Assembly: GCF_001194135.2 (NCBI RefSeq)
Contig: NC_068988.1
Location: 82,636,940-82,700,638 of the forward strand
Length of the DNA stretch: 63,699 nt
Direction of reading: 5' to 3'
Source: Octopus bimaculoides
Lineage: Eukaryota
How positions within the stretch are numbered: the stretch's first letter is position 1; every line of letters begins with the position of its first letter. Of the stretch, positions 26,261-38,935 are shown piece by piece. The position numbers and the translations under genes were made by a program. The notes under the pieces were generated by a model. That model made no database searches and was not told the origin of the DNA. It was given only the letters and a program-made list of their open reading frames with translations.

Positions 26261-28089
26261 TAAAGAACTTTTTCAAAAGATAAGAAGTTGTCATATAACC
26301 ATTATGCTTCATAGAAAAACAAAGTGTAATAAATCCTATGCCATCAATAATAATTAATTATCTAGCCAAGAGAAATTTTATTTTCTTTATTTTTGTTAAT
26401 TAGAACTGACAAAGGTAGGGAGCTAGCAGAATCATTAGCCCACTGGTGCTCTACTGTTTCACAAACTGACACATAAGAAGAAAATATATTCAATTTTTAA
26501 TATATGGTGAGACTTATGTTTGTAATGTAAGCATTTAATAGATTCTTTTAGAAATGGTAGAGCACCAGACTAGAAACTTTACAGTATTTGTTTGTAAAGT
26601 CTGTCTCGGAACTGAAACAAATCAGGCTTTTGTTTGTCCCCAATCTTAGTTCTAAGTTCAAATCTCACTGTAATCAACTAAGCTCATTCTTCTGGATCTG
26701 ATAACAATAAGTATAATAGCAATATACTGGGTGAATCATATACCATCAATAATAATTATCTAGCCAAGAGAAGTTTTATTTTCTTTGTTTTATTAATTAG
26801 AACTGATAAAGGTAGTGGGACTGGCAGAATCATTGGACAAAATACTTAGCAGCATTTCTTGAGACCCTTTACATCTTAATTTCAAGTTCCACCACGATCA
26901 ACTTTGCCTTTCATCCTTTCAAGGTTGAGAAAAAGTTCCAGTTGAGTACTGGGGTCAACATAATTGACTAATCCCCTCTGACTAAAATAGCCAGCCTTAT
27001 GCCAAAATTTTAAACAAAGGTAGGGTGAGCTGGCAGAATTGTTAGAGCATTGGACAAAAAAAGCTTAGCTGTATTTCTTCTGACTCATTATGTTCTGAGT
27101 TCAAATTCAACTTTGCCTTTCATCCTTTCAGGATCAATAAAGTAAGTAAAAATGAGTACTGGAGTTGATATAATCAAATAGTTCCCTCCCTAAAATTCCA
27201 GGCCTTGTACCTGTAGTAGAAAGAATTATTATTGTTGTTGTTGTTGTTAGTATTGGCAAGCTCACAGAATCATTAATGCCAAACAAAATGCTTAGCAATA
27301 TTTCTTTCAGCTCTATATTTTGAGTTTAAATTCCACCAAGATCAATTGTGTCCTTCATCCTTCCAAGGTCTATAAAAGTAACAGTCAAATTAGGGATCAA
27401 TGTAATTAATTAGCCTCTACTTTCTAAAATTGCTAGCCATTAAATTAGAGCAGATGGATCAATAAGTGAATGGTGTGTTAGAACATCAGACAAAATGTTT
27501 TGTATTTAGTTTTGTCTTTCTGTGTTCTTAGTTCAGAACCTTATGATGATGGCAAACTAGCAGTGTCACTACAATGTCCAACAAAATGCCTTGTTCCAGT
27601 TATCTGTTCTAAGTTCAACTCCCACTGAAGCCAACCTTGCGTTTCATCTTTTCAGAATCAATAACATACAGCACCAGCCCATGGCAATGGATTGCAGAAT
27701 CCTTAGCATGTCAGACAAATGCTTTGCAGTATTTGTTCTGAGTTCTTGGGTGACTGACTTAATCCATTTCTCAGTTTAACACCACAACTTGGTCAATTGG
27801 GTGGGGAACCAATGCTTTTGTAGAGCTCTCTATGTTACAAGCCTTAGGGTCAGGTTTCTAGTTCGAACATAACTTCCTCCATTACTCCCATCACTCTAGG
27901 AAACCTTGAAAAAGGAAAGAAAAAATCACAAAGTGTCATAGGACCCACCCTTCCCTCTTTGAATAAACGGTAAAATAGCAACAGAAGAATAAATACTGCT
28001 GATATGCTGATGGATTTAGTTAATGATACTTCTTCCTTTGCACTTGACGAAATAAAATCATCTGCAGTTTGAAACTATAGTATAGTAGT

Positions 28090-28390
28090 GAAGGTGTATT
28101 GGCTTAGTGATTAGGATATTCAGCTCGTCATTGTAAGGTCATGAGTTTGGTTTCCAAGTCCTTGAGCAAGACATTTTATTTCACTTTGCTCAAGTCCACT
28201 CAACTAGCAAAAATGACTAGTATCTTTGTCAGATTCTGTGTCACGCTGAATCTCCTTGAGAATTACATTAAGAGTACATGCGTCTGTGGAGTGCTCAGCC
28301 ACTTGCAAATTAATTTCACAAGTAGGCAGTTCCATTGACTGAATCAACTGGAACGCTCACTGTTATAATCGACGAATTGCCAGTTATAGT
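28090..28390 (+). mobile_element. tRNA-derived SINE, family A variant tail
   Basis: TGGCTTAGTGATTAGG...GAGTTTGGTTTCC head; same tail as 59394-59770. Confidence 0.65.
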
Positions 28391-28444
28391 AGTGTTAAAA
28401 CATAGATGTTTTAAGGTATGACTATATTTAAAAAAGTTGTTTTA

Positions 28445-28666
28445 GCCTTTAGCATCTAAACTGGCCATATTCAACCAAAATATTCCACACCTGTTTTATG
28501 TCCAAATTGGCTAGATCTGGCCTCATACTCCAACCCTACAATGTCATTCTAAAAATAAGCTTTCGCATCATCAAAATCTCAAAGTTACAAGATAATATGT
28601 GGTTAATTCAAAACTGTGTGAATAAATAAACATTACATTTGACAGAGTAAACTGAATGCTAAGGTG
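28445..28666 (-). mobile_element. piggyBac-like MITE
   Basis: Reverse complement of the 7245-7440 family; TTAA at 28667-28670. Confidence 0.65.
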
Positions 28667-29900
28667 TTAAAGTATTAGTATGTTTTATTATGTAAGTATT
28701 ACAAAAAGCAGCAAGCTGGTAGAATTGTTAGAACATCAGATAAAATGCTCAACAATATTTGTTCCAACACTAAGGCAACAAGCTGGTAGAATTGATAGCA
28801 TACTGGATAAAATGCTTAACAGCATTTCATCCATCTTTACATTCTGAGTTCAAAAAATTCCACCAAGGTCGATTTTTGCCTTTCATCCTTTCAGAGCTCA
28901 ATAAAATAAGATACCAGTTGAGAACTGGGTTAACATAATCAACTTACCCTTCCCCCAAAATTACTAACCTTGTGCCAAATTTTGAAACCGATATATCTTC
29001 CAATGCTGGAAAGGTGGTGAGCTGGCAGAATCTTTAGCACACTGGAAAAAAATGCTTAGCAGTATTATTTCTGACTTTACATTCTGAGTTCAAATTCTGC
29101 CGTGGTCGATTTTGCCTTTCATCCTTTCGGGGTTACTGAAATAAATACCAGTTATACACTGAGGACGATGTAATCGACTTATTCCCTCCCCTGAAATTAC
29201 TGGCCTTGTCCCAAAATTTGAAAGCAATATTACTTTCAAGACTACGTTCTGAGTTCAGATCCTGCCAAGGTCAACTTTACTTTCCATGCTTTCAGGGTTG
29301 TTAAATATAGTACCAATATGGTACTGGGGCTGATGAAATTGACTTGTCCCCTCCCCCAAAAATTTCTGGCCTTGTGCCAAAATTAGAAAGAATTATTTTA
29401 GTATTACTAACATAATAAATCTTTGTATTTTGAACTGTAGAGGATGTAAAACTCTGCTGTCTCTCCTTTATTTCTCTCCTTTCAACTTTTCCCTGAAGAA
29501 GGACACTATTACAAACATTGGATTTTCCACTCCTCACAGCATGTTCACTGTACTATTTTTATCGATTTTATAACATAATATACTATTCATTGTACGTGTA
29601 TGAAACAGGATTCACAGTTGTGTTGTTAAGTTAGTTTTGAAACTACATGATTCTGGTTTCGAGTTCATAAAAGGACCATGAGTGAAATTTAGTTGCTTGA
29701 AAACTGTGTTGCAGCCTGTAAGAACCTCTTTATTTTTGTGTGGTGGACTTAATCCAATATCTAGTTTAACACCATCACCTGGACAATTGAGTTCAGATGT
29801 CTGGTTTGAAAATAATTCTTCCAGTCTTGGAGGCACAGAAATGTGTCAAGAAGATTTCTTTTTCCCCTTTGACAAAGTATTATATACACACACACATATA

Positions 29901-30157
29901 CAGTTGTGGCCAAAAGTTTGGAACATTTTTTTTTTAAATTAAAATTGTTATTCCCAAGTACAATTTGATTCAAATATATACAACATAGAGATATACTTAC
30001 CTAATAACTGATCCAATGGTTCAATATCTAGAAGAAAAAACAGACAGAATCAAAAATATAGCTCAAGACCAAATAGCTTACTTTTGATATTTCTTTGGGC
30101 ATTTAATATAAAAATTTTAATTTTCAGACCTATGTTCCAAACTTTTAGCCATGATTG
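29901..30157. mobile_element. Tc1/mariner-type MITE
   Basis: TA flanks; TIR CAGTTGTGGCCAAAAGTTTGGAACA / TGTTCCAAACTTTTAGCCATGATTG. Confidence 0.85.
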
Positions 30158-30494
30158 TATATGATGGATGGATGGATGGATGGATGGATGGATGGACGGA
30201 CGGATGGGCACAAAGCTACCTCCCTCAATCCCACTCCCCCTCTCAGTTGAGGGGGTCTTTGTCTTGCAAGCTTCTTGGTGACCTCATTGCTGCTGATGCC
30301 ACATAAAAAGCACTCAGTGCACTTTGTAAAGTGAGCATCCAGCTGCAGAAATCATACCAAATCAAGTGGTAGAACTTGGCACAGTCCTCGAGTTTGCCAG
30401 CTCCTGTCAAACTGTCCATACCAGCATGAAAATCATACACTAAATAATGATGATTATGATATACATGTGGGTGTGTGTATGGTAAAGGGTAAAC

Positions 30495-30830
30495 ACCCCC
30501 TTCAGTCATGAATGACCATGGGAATGCACCATGAAATTTTCCCTCCAAAGCACAAGTTCCAGCAAGATTGTTTATGGAAGAGCAGCAGTTGCCCATGCAT
30601 ACCAGCCTCTCCTCTCCATTCCACCAATGTTATCCAAGGGAAAGACAAAAGCTGGTACAGCTTGGTACCAGTGATATCACAACTCATTTCTACAACCGAA
30701 TGAACTGGACCAATGTGAAACAAAGTGTCTTCCTCCAGAGCACAACACTCAGCCCAGTGCAGGAATCAAACTCACTACCTCATGATTGTGAGCCTGACAC
30801 TGTAACCAGTGAGTCATGTACCTTCACTGG
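30495..30830 (-). mobile_element. tRNA-derived SINE, family A
   Basis: Reverse complement of the 49403-49745 copy. Confidence 0.75.
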
Positions 30831-31129
30831 TACTTATTTTATTGACCCCCGAAAGAACAAAAGACAAAGTCAATGTCATCAGAATTTGAACTCAGAATGG
30901 AAACGGATGAAATGCTGCTAAGCATTTCGCCCAGCATGCTAACAGTTCTGCCTGGTCACCAGGTGCAGATGTGGCTGTGTGGTAAGAAACTTGCTTCTCA
31001 TCACATGGCTCCAGGTTCAGTCTCACTGCATGGCACTTTGGGCAAGTGTCTTCTACAATATCCTCGGACCAACCAAAGCCTTGTGAGTGGATTTGGTAGA
31101 TGGAAACTGAAAGAAACCTGTTGTATATA

Positions 31130-33225
31130 CAGTAGCAAGCAAAAAAAGAGAACAATTCATATTTTTTTAAATTTCAGAAAAGCTAGTAAACGTACAAATT
31201 CACAATTGGTTTCATAAATACAGTTAACCATTAGCTAAATTTTGTGAAAAATATAAGTTTGTACAATGGTCTTAATAAGAGTTAATAATGCTAATACTAG
31301 TTTTGTCCAAATGTCTCGTGTGCAAAATAAGAGAATGATCAAATCCAAAAATGCTTCAATTAACTCAAAACCATAATAATCGTTGAAAGAAATGTAAATG
31401 TGAACTTAATACAGTTAGTATGATGTTTGTAAACCTTTGTTGGCGATCACCCTCTGCACATCGATTGCCACAGGACATAACAAGTTTCCTGCACGAGTCA
31501 GGTGTTACTTTCTTCCATTCCTCTTCTAATATCTCCCATAAATTCATTGTAATAGTTGGTGCCCTTTGTGTTACTTTGTTTCCAAGTATCTTCCAAAGGT
31601 TTTCAATTGGATTTAAGTCTGGACTTTGTGCTGGCCACTTCATTACTTGGATATTTTGTTCACTAAAGTATCCAGTGACACACTTTGCAGTATGACAAGC
31701 GGCGTTATCATGCATGAAAATGCATGATTGATTTGGAAATGCTCGTAATAATGGGATCACATTCTGGTTAATCAAATTCAAATGGATATTTGTATCAATA
31801 GTCCCTTTAATCTGCACAAGAGGGCCAACTTCTTCAGAAGAAATCATTTCCCACACTATGATGCTTCCTCCTCCAAACTTGGCAGATTTCTTCAGACACT
31901 TGGATTTTAGCCAATCTCCTGTGAAGCGCCTAACATACCGTCTACCATCTGAACCTACTAAATTGAATTTGCTTTCATCGCTAAAATGAACTTTTTACCA
32001 ATTTTCATCCCTCTAGTTCACATGAGCTTCTGCAAGTGAAAGTTTTTCCAATTTGTTCTTGCTGATGGTAGGTTTCATCAACGGAGAACAAGTCATCATC
32101 ATCATCACCATCGTTTAACGTCCGCTTTCCATGCTAGCATGGGTTGGACGATTTGACTGGGGACTGGCGAACCAGATGGTTACACCAGACTCCAATCTGA
32201 TCTGGCAGAGTTTCTACAGCTGGATGCCCTTCCTAACGCCAACCACTCTGAGAGTGTAGTGGGTGCTTTTTACGTGCCACCAGCACAAGGATCAGTCCAG
32301 CGGTACTGGCAATGGCCACGCTCAATTGGTGTTTTTTTTACGTGCCACCTGCACAGGGGTCAGTCCAATGTTTTGTTCACATGCCACCGGCACAAGTGCC
32401 ACTAAGGCGAAGCTGGAAATGATCGCGCTCAAATGGTGCTTTTTATATGCCACCAGCATGGAAGTGAGACTACTGCTCTGGCAGTGATTCTGCTCGGATG
32501 GTGCTGTTAGCACTCCACTGGCACAGGTGCCAGTCATCGAATTTGGTTCAGTTTCGATCTCACTTGCCCCAACAGGTCTTCGCAAGCTGAATTTAGTGCT
32601 TTAATCCACATTCCTTCAGACAACCAGACACTGTAAAGCGACTCACTTATGTACCATTATTTACTTTTATTTTCTGAGAAATTCCAGCCAGTCTCGAAAA
32701 GATCTTCCAATACGTACCATTTCATGGATCAATCATCTCACGTGGTGGTTTTGTGTGATCTACCAGTTGCCTTTTTGGGTTCAAAACTTTTAGTTTCTTC
32801 ATAGAGCTTAAGAACACATGAAACTACACTCTTAGATCTCCTTGCATCTCGTCAAATAGCCAAGAGAGTCATTTCTGAAACTTTCATCCTGGCAATTTCT
32901 TTTCGGAGGTGGAGAGTAATTTTAGCATGGTGTGCCATGTTCGGAAGCTAGAACAATACTAAGACGGTAGTAAAGTTGAGCCTGCAAATGTAAACAATGT
33001 TTGAAATTTCCAGAAATTTCTGAAGGAATCTAATCATTCTCTTATTTTGCACTTGAGACATTTGAACGAAACTAGTGTTAGTGTTATTAACTTTTATTAA
33101 GACCAGTGTACAAACTTTAGCAAATGGTTAATCATGTTTACAAAACCAATTACAAACTTGTACGTTCACAAGCTTTTTCGACATTAAAAAAAATATTAAT
33201 CATTCTCTTTGTTTGCTTGCTACTA
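31130..33225 (-). mobile_element. Tc1 (DD34E) transposon with about 200-bp TIRs, interrupted by an RTE tail
   Basis: TA|CAGTAGCAAGC start; inverted arms 31130-31350 and 33025-33225; ORF HDNAACHTAK...WPAQSPDLNPIENLW with 34 residues between D and E. Confidence 0.92.
32095..32600 (-). mobile_element. RTE 3'-tail repeat nested in Tc1
   Basis: (CAT)n CGTTTAACGTCCGCTTTCCATGCTAGCATGGG... Confidence 0.8.
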
Positions 33226-33244
33226 AATTTATGTATATATCTAT

Positions 33245-33470
33245 GTGTGTGTGCCTTTGTGTCTGTTTCTTCCCCCATTACTGCTTGACTACCGACGTTG
33301 GTGTATTTATGTCCCCATAACTTAGCAGTTAAGTAGAATGGACTGATAGAATAAGTACTAGGCTTTAAAAAAAGTAAGTCCCGGAGCTGATTTGTGCGAC
33401 TAAAACCCTTCGAGGCGGTACTCCAGCATGGCCGCAGTCAAATAACTGAAACAAGTAAAAGAATAAAAGA
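33245..33470 (+). mobile_element. SINE family C 3' module
   Basis: GTCCCCATAACTTAGC...GATAGAATAAGTACTAGGC...CTCCAGCATGGCCGCAGTC; also at 60750-60950 and 61375-61600. Confidence 0.7.
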
Positions 33471-34529
33471 ATATGTATGTATGTGTGTATGTATGTATGT
33501 ATGTATGTATGTATGTATGTATGTATGCATGCATGTTTGTATGTATGTATGTATGTATGTATGCATGTATGTATGTATATGTAAAATATGGAAATTGGAA
33601 GGTTTGTAGAATAACCACAGAACAAATTGAGCAAATTTGTAAATGAAATAAGAAGCTGATGGGCAACAGATGTTTTTCAACTGAAGTATGCAAAAGATAT
33701 GACTCTGATTATTATAGAGATGTATTGTGAATGTTATATGCATGTTGAGCAGTTGGAAATTGAGGGTGAAAGGCCTTGACAATAGCAATTGGTCAACATA
33801 GACTTTGTATGAAATAAACAGATCTTATCAAGTCCATTTTACATTCAGCCAAAGCTGAACACATTGCTCTGCTTCTCCATTTTCCATAGCAAGGTCAGCT
33901 GAAGTGAATGGTATTAAAGAGCTTCAGAATAAATAGATCCATTTGAAGTACTTAAAGTAAAATGGAATAGATTTACAATACATGGCAATGTACTGTATTT
34001 CAGATTCATTTTAACATATTGATTTCAAATTTTGGTACAAGGACAGTTATTTCAGAGTAAGGGATAAGTCAATTACCTCAACCCCAGTACTCAACTAGTA
34101 CTTACTTTATTGATCCCAAAAGGATGAAAGGAAAAGTTGACCTCAGCAGAATTTGTACTCAGAACACAAAAATGGATGAAATGTCACTAAACAATTTTGC
34201 CCAGCATGTTAACAATTCTGATAGTTCACCACCTTGATCCATTCTAACATATTAATAACTGTTAATGAGCACTACTCCAATAGACATTCTCTTCATATCA
34301 TATTTATTCAAACTTTTTGAGTTTAGTTTCCTTTCACAGAATGGCGTTTTACCATATTTCCCACACTCCCTGTTTTGCCCCGCCAAAAAAAGAAAAGCTA
34401 ATTCTTCACAAAGGTTTATATCTATATTTTTCTCATTCTGTCCCAGCCAACATGTGACATGCTTCCTTTTTCTTTTGAGATATTTGCTTGAGTTAGTGAC
34501 CCCTGAGTTAATTTCTTTTGGCAATTACT

Positions 34530-35161
34530 GATAAAAGAAAGGGCATGTAAGGACAGCTGTGTAAATAAATGCCACTCTCTAACTGTGGAGAGAACCTGTG
34601 GAAGAGGTAGACCCAGGAAGACATAGGATGAGGCGGTGAAGCATAACAGAGCACAACAAAGGCAATAACTAGTAACCGAGACCTTTGGTAATATGCTGTG
34701 CTTGAGAAGACCCATCAAGCCAAGTGAAATCGTAGTTGTGACTGATGCTGGTGTCACATAACTGTCAGTGACACATAAAAGCACCTTTTGAGCCTTGGGC
34801 CTCACAAAGGCAAGGTAGCTGGTGCCAGTGGCACATGAAAAGCACCTTTTGAGTGTTGGGCCTCACAGAGGCAATGATGAATGACCAAGATCTTTGGCAT
34901 TATGCCATGCTTGAGAAGTAGACCCATCAAGTCAAGTAAAATTGTTGTCATGGCAAATACTGGTGTCATGCAGATGGTGCCTGTGCTGGTGACATGTAAA
35001 AGCACCCATTACACAATCAGAGTAGTTGGCATTAGGAAGGGTATCCAGCTGTAGAAACCATGCAAAATCAGATTGAAGTCTGGTGCAGCCTTCCAGCTTG
35101 CCAGCCCTGGTCAAACCATCCAACCCATGCCAGTATGGACAACGGACATTAAAGGATGATT

Positions 35162-35195
<34 letters not shown>
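34530..35195 (+). mobile_element. 5'-truncated RTE LINE
   Basis: TCGRGRPRKT-type ORF end, 3' UTR and (GAT)n matching 49787-51564. Confidence 0.8.
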
Positions 35196-35389
35196 CTTGT
35201 ATAATAAAATAACACTGGAGCTTGTTAATCATCAGTCAGGTTTCTGATCACTGATAACACAATGCCCATCTCATAACTGAAACCTGACAAAGATATTATT
35301 TTGAAAATCTATTTAACCTTTTTGATACCAACCTACCTGAAACTGCTCCTGGTTTTATGATAGAAACTTGTTGTCTTAAAGTGATTTAA

Positions 35390-35841
35390 CCCTTTAGCAT
35401 TCAGATTAACTTATCCAATGTAATGCTTATTTATCCACATTTTATAAAATTAATCATGTAGTATCTTATAGCTTCAATATTTGTCGATCTTATGTTACCA
35501 GTTCCAAAGCTATCACTCAAACCACATGTGTTTATTTACATCACATCGGCCTTTTCCGTAAAAGGGTTTTAGGGTTAGGGTTAGGGTTAGTGTTAGGGTT
35601 ACGGTTAGGGACGGAATTCCCTAAAACCTTTTACGGAAAAGGCCGATGTGATGTAAATAAACACACGTGGTTTAAGTGACAGCTTTGGAACTGGTAACGT
35701 AAGATTGCCCAATATTTTGAAGATGTGATTGGTTTTTAGAATGACATTGTAGGGTAGGTGTGAAAGGCTGGATATGATTGGTTTGAACATAAAGCAGGTA
35801 GAATATTTTGGCTGGATATGGTCAGTTGAAATGCTAAAGGG
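35390..35841 (+). mobile_element. piggyBac-like MITE hosting a nested MITE
   Basis: TTAA at 35386-35389 and 35842-35845; CCCTTTAGCATT...AATGCTAAAGGG. Confidence 0.8.
35483..35709. mobile_element. MITE with about 90-bp TIRs, TTAGGG core and 8-bp TSD (Merlin-like)
   Basis: Direct repeat CAATATTT at 35475-35482 and 35710-35717; right end reads GGCAATCTTACG on the minus strand; arms about 35483-35574 and 35619-35709. Confidence 0.75.
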
Positions 35842-36090
35842 TTAACCCTTTTAACATCAACTCACCTTAGACCACCCCAGTTCTATGATACATATTTCCT
35901 GTTTTGAAGTAATCTGCATTGAAACCATCCATCAAAATTGCATGTTAATTTATATTCCAATTTATATTAGAGTACAATAGTAATTATTCGCCTCATCAGA
36001 GTCACTGCCAAGCACAAAACTAGTTTAAATACCCTAGATTTGTGCTGCATTTCTTTGTTACCCCAGTTATTTGTTAGTATTTTATGTCAC

Positions 36091-37990
36091 TATTTACATT
36101 TGATGGATATTTGTCCTCATCATGTTTATTGTTAACACAACGTTTCAGATGATATACCCTCCAGCCTCCATCAAGTGTCTTGGAGAAATTTCGAACCTGA
36201 GTTCTCATTCCTCAGGTATTTTTCAATGTTGTTGTTGTTGTTATTGTTGTCGTCATCGTCGCCGTCATTGTCATCACCATCATCATTATTCAGGTCGCTA
36301 CTTGGAATCGGAACTCAGTATCTTGGAGTTAGTAGCCCGCACTCTTAACCACTATGCCATATACCCGTAGACAATTATGTAGTGAATTTTAGGGCTTATA
36401 AATCTAATATTCTACTATCCTTCCTTAAAATGTCTACGTATTCCATTAAGACCTATAGTGAGTTGTAGACGTTCAGCATGTCATCCACTGAGCCGCTTCC
36501 TTATGGATATAATCAGTCCATTAGCAGGAAAGTCAACAGCATACGTGAAGAATTCTACCCACTTCACCAAATTGATCAAGGATACCCCCATTGAGTCCAA
36601 CCAGATGGTGAGTCTAGATGTGATAAGCCTATTCACCAAAGTCCCAACTGGTGAAGCACTATTGGTGATTCAAGAAAAACTAGTGACATACACCAATCTA
36701 AAAGAACGCACTAGTATACCAATAAGAAACTTGATGGAAATGTTGACCTTCTGTGTAGAAACTGCCTACTTCAGTATGGACACTGATATATATCGACAAG
36801 AGGAGGGTTTAGCTATGGGTTTGCCGTTATCACCGATAATAGACAATGTATACATGGAATACTTTGAGAATTTGGCTTTAGGATCAACACCACTAAAACC
36901 AACACTATAGCTGCAATATGTTCATGATACTTTTATACTCTGGCTCCACCAGGAAGAAGTCCAAGTGCTATTAGCTCATGTGAACTCAATAAAGCCAACC
37001 ATATAGTTCACAATGGAAAAAGAAAAAGAATATCAGCTAGCATTCCTGGACGTATTAATAACACGCACCAAGTATGGATTCAGGACATCCGTATACAGCA
37101 AGCCGACCTTTACTGGACGATACCTCAACTTCAATTCCCACCTTCCATACAGAGTAAAGAGAGAGATTGCTCAGCGCCTAAAACATCAAGCAAAGAATAA
37201 AAGTAGCGATCGTGATACCCACCACGAAGAAATGATCAAGCTCAGTATCAATTTATTAAGCAACAACTACCCCAAAAACATATTATCCACTCCAATTATG
37301 AAGAAGAGAGAGGATGAAACTAATAAACTGCGGCCCATATGACATCAGGACAGTATTCAAGAGTAATACAACACTTCGCAGATATCTCCTTCGAGTAAAA
37401 CCACCAATAGAAGAGAATATGACCAAAAACTGCATGTACTCCATCCCATACAGCAGTGGTAGGTTATACAAAGGCGAAACACATCGCCCCCTCAAAATAA
37501 GGGTAGAGGAACATCGCAAAGCTGTGACATGAAGAGATATTGATAAATCAGGTATAGGTGATCATGTATGGGAAAATGGAGATCACCTCCCCCTGTGGGA
37601 TGAAGTTAAAATAATAGACAGAGAACAGCACTGGAAAATACGAAAACTAAAAGAAGCAGCACATATGCTAAGACACAACAACCTCTTAAGCAGACCGAGT
37701 GCAGATATAAATAGCATTTGGGAACCGGTATTAAGGAAGGATAGGAGAATATTAGATTTATAAGCCCTAAAATTCGCTTCATAATTGTTTACAGGTACAT
37801 GGCATAGTGGTTAAGAGCATGGGCTACTAACCCTAAGATTCTGAGTTCAATTCCAGGCAGTGACCTGAATAATAATAATGATAATAAGGCTGGAGGGTAT
37901 ATCAGCTGAAATGTTGTGTTTACAACAAACAAGATGAGGACAAATATCTGTCAAATGTAAATAATGTACATAATTCCTCATCTCTTAAAT
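36091..37990 (+). mobile_element. Penelope-like element (RT + GIY-YIG), degenerate, with inverted terminal repeats
   Basis: SLDVISLFTKVP, GLAMGLPLSP, YVHDTF, FLDV, YSKPTFTGRYLNFNSH, MYSIPYSSGRLYKGET...RVEEH; 36091-36428 is the reverse complement of 37731-37970. Confidence 0.9.
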
Positions 37991-37993
37991 ATA

Positions 37994-38120
37994 CAGGGTG
38001 TCCACAAAGTCTGGGTACATGGGGATTAACACATACTTTAAGAAATTATTATTTCTTATATTTAATTGTTTATTTTATGATTTTATTTACTCCGTGTACC
38101 CAGACTTTGTGGACACCCTG
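37994..38120. mobile_element. Tc1/mariner-type MITE inserted in the PLE repeat
   Basis: TIR CAGGGTGTCCACAAAGTCTGGGTACA; TA duplication confirmed by the empty site at 40631-40650. Confidence 0.9.
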
Positions 38121-38600
38121 TAGAACTGCATTTGATGTCAGTTTGGAATGTGCCTATTTACCTAGGTGTCTCTGTGTTCTATCTTATGGATATTGTTTTA
38201 TCATAGAGCTGAAAACTATCACTTTGGAATTATTTATGACTCTAGTTATCCCCCTTCAAAATTATTCCACATTCTATTTGAAAGGGTTTTTCTTTATTAT
38301 GACAATTACAGTCCTTTTTTCCCCCACCACAATTACTGTAGTCATTGTTAAAGAGTGACAGAGTAATTGAAATGGTAAACCATCAAACTAAATGCCTTAC
38401 CCTAAAGTTTGTTTGCGTGTGTTCTGAGTTCAAATCTTTTCATGATTGACTATACCTTTCTCCAGAGGTTGATTATATAAATATCAGCTAAGTACTTGGG
38501 TCAGTTTAGTCAATTACCTTACACCCAAATGAGTGTTCTTGTGCCATCATCATTGTTGTTGTTGTTGTTAATGTTCTTCTTCTTCTTCTTCTTCTTCTTC

Positions 38601-38656
<56 letters not shown>

Positions 38657-38935
38657 TTATGTTTGACTTTTGTTTNNNNNNNNNNNNNNNNNNNNNNNNN
38701 NNNNNNNNNNNNNNNNNNNNNNNNNNNNNNNNNNNNNNNNNNNNNNNNNNNNNNNNNNNNNNNNNNNNNNNNNNNNNNNNNNNNNNNNNNNNNNNNNNNN
38801 NNNNNNNNNNNNNNNNNNNNNNNNNNNNNNNNNNNNNNNNNNNNNNNNNNNNNNNNNNNNNNNNNNNNNNNNNNNNNNNNNNNTTATTATTATTATTATT
38901 ATTATATTTTAAAAGGTTTTTACAAAGGTAAACAG

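Larger units (their letters stand above)
26411..29400 (+). mobile_element. Dense same-orientation cluster of about 10 SINE family B copies and fragments
   Basis: Recurrent GAGCTGGCAGAAT...CTGAGTTCAAATT...CTTTGCCTTTCATCCTTT at about 26415, 26810, 27020, 27250, 27590, 28710, 28775, 29015, 29240. Confidence 0.8.

Noticed and set aside
35569-35610. True telomere or chromosome-fusion scar
   Set aside because: Short, degenerate and enclosed in MITE TIRs with a TSD
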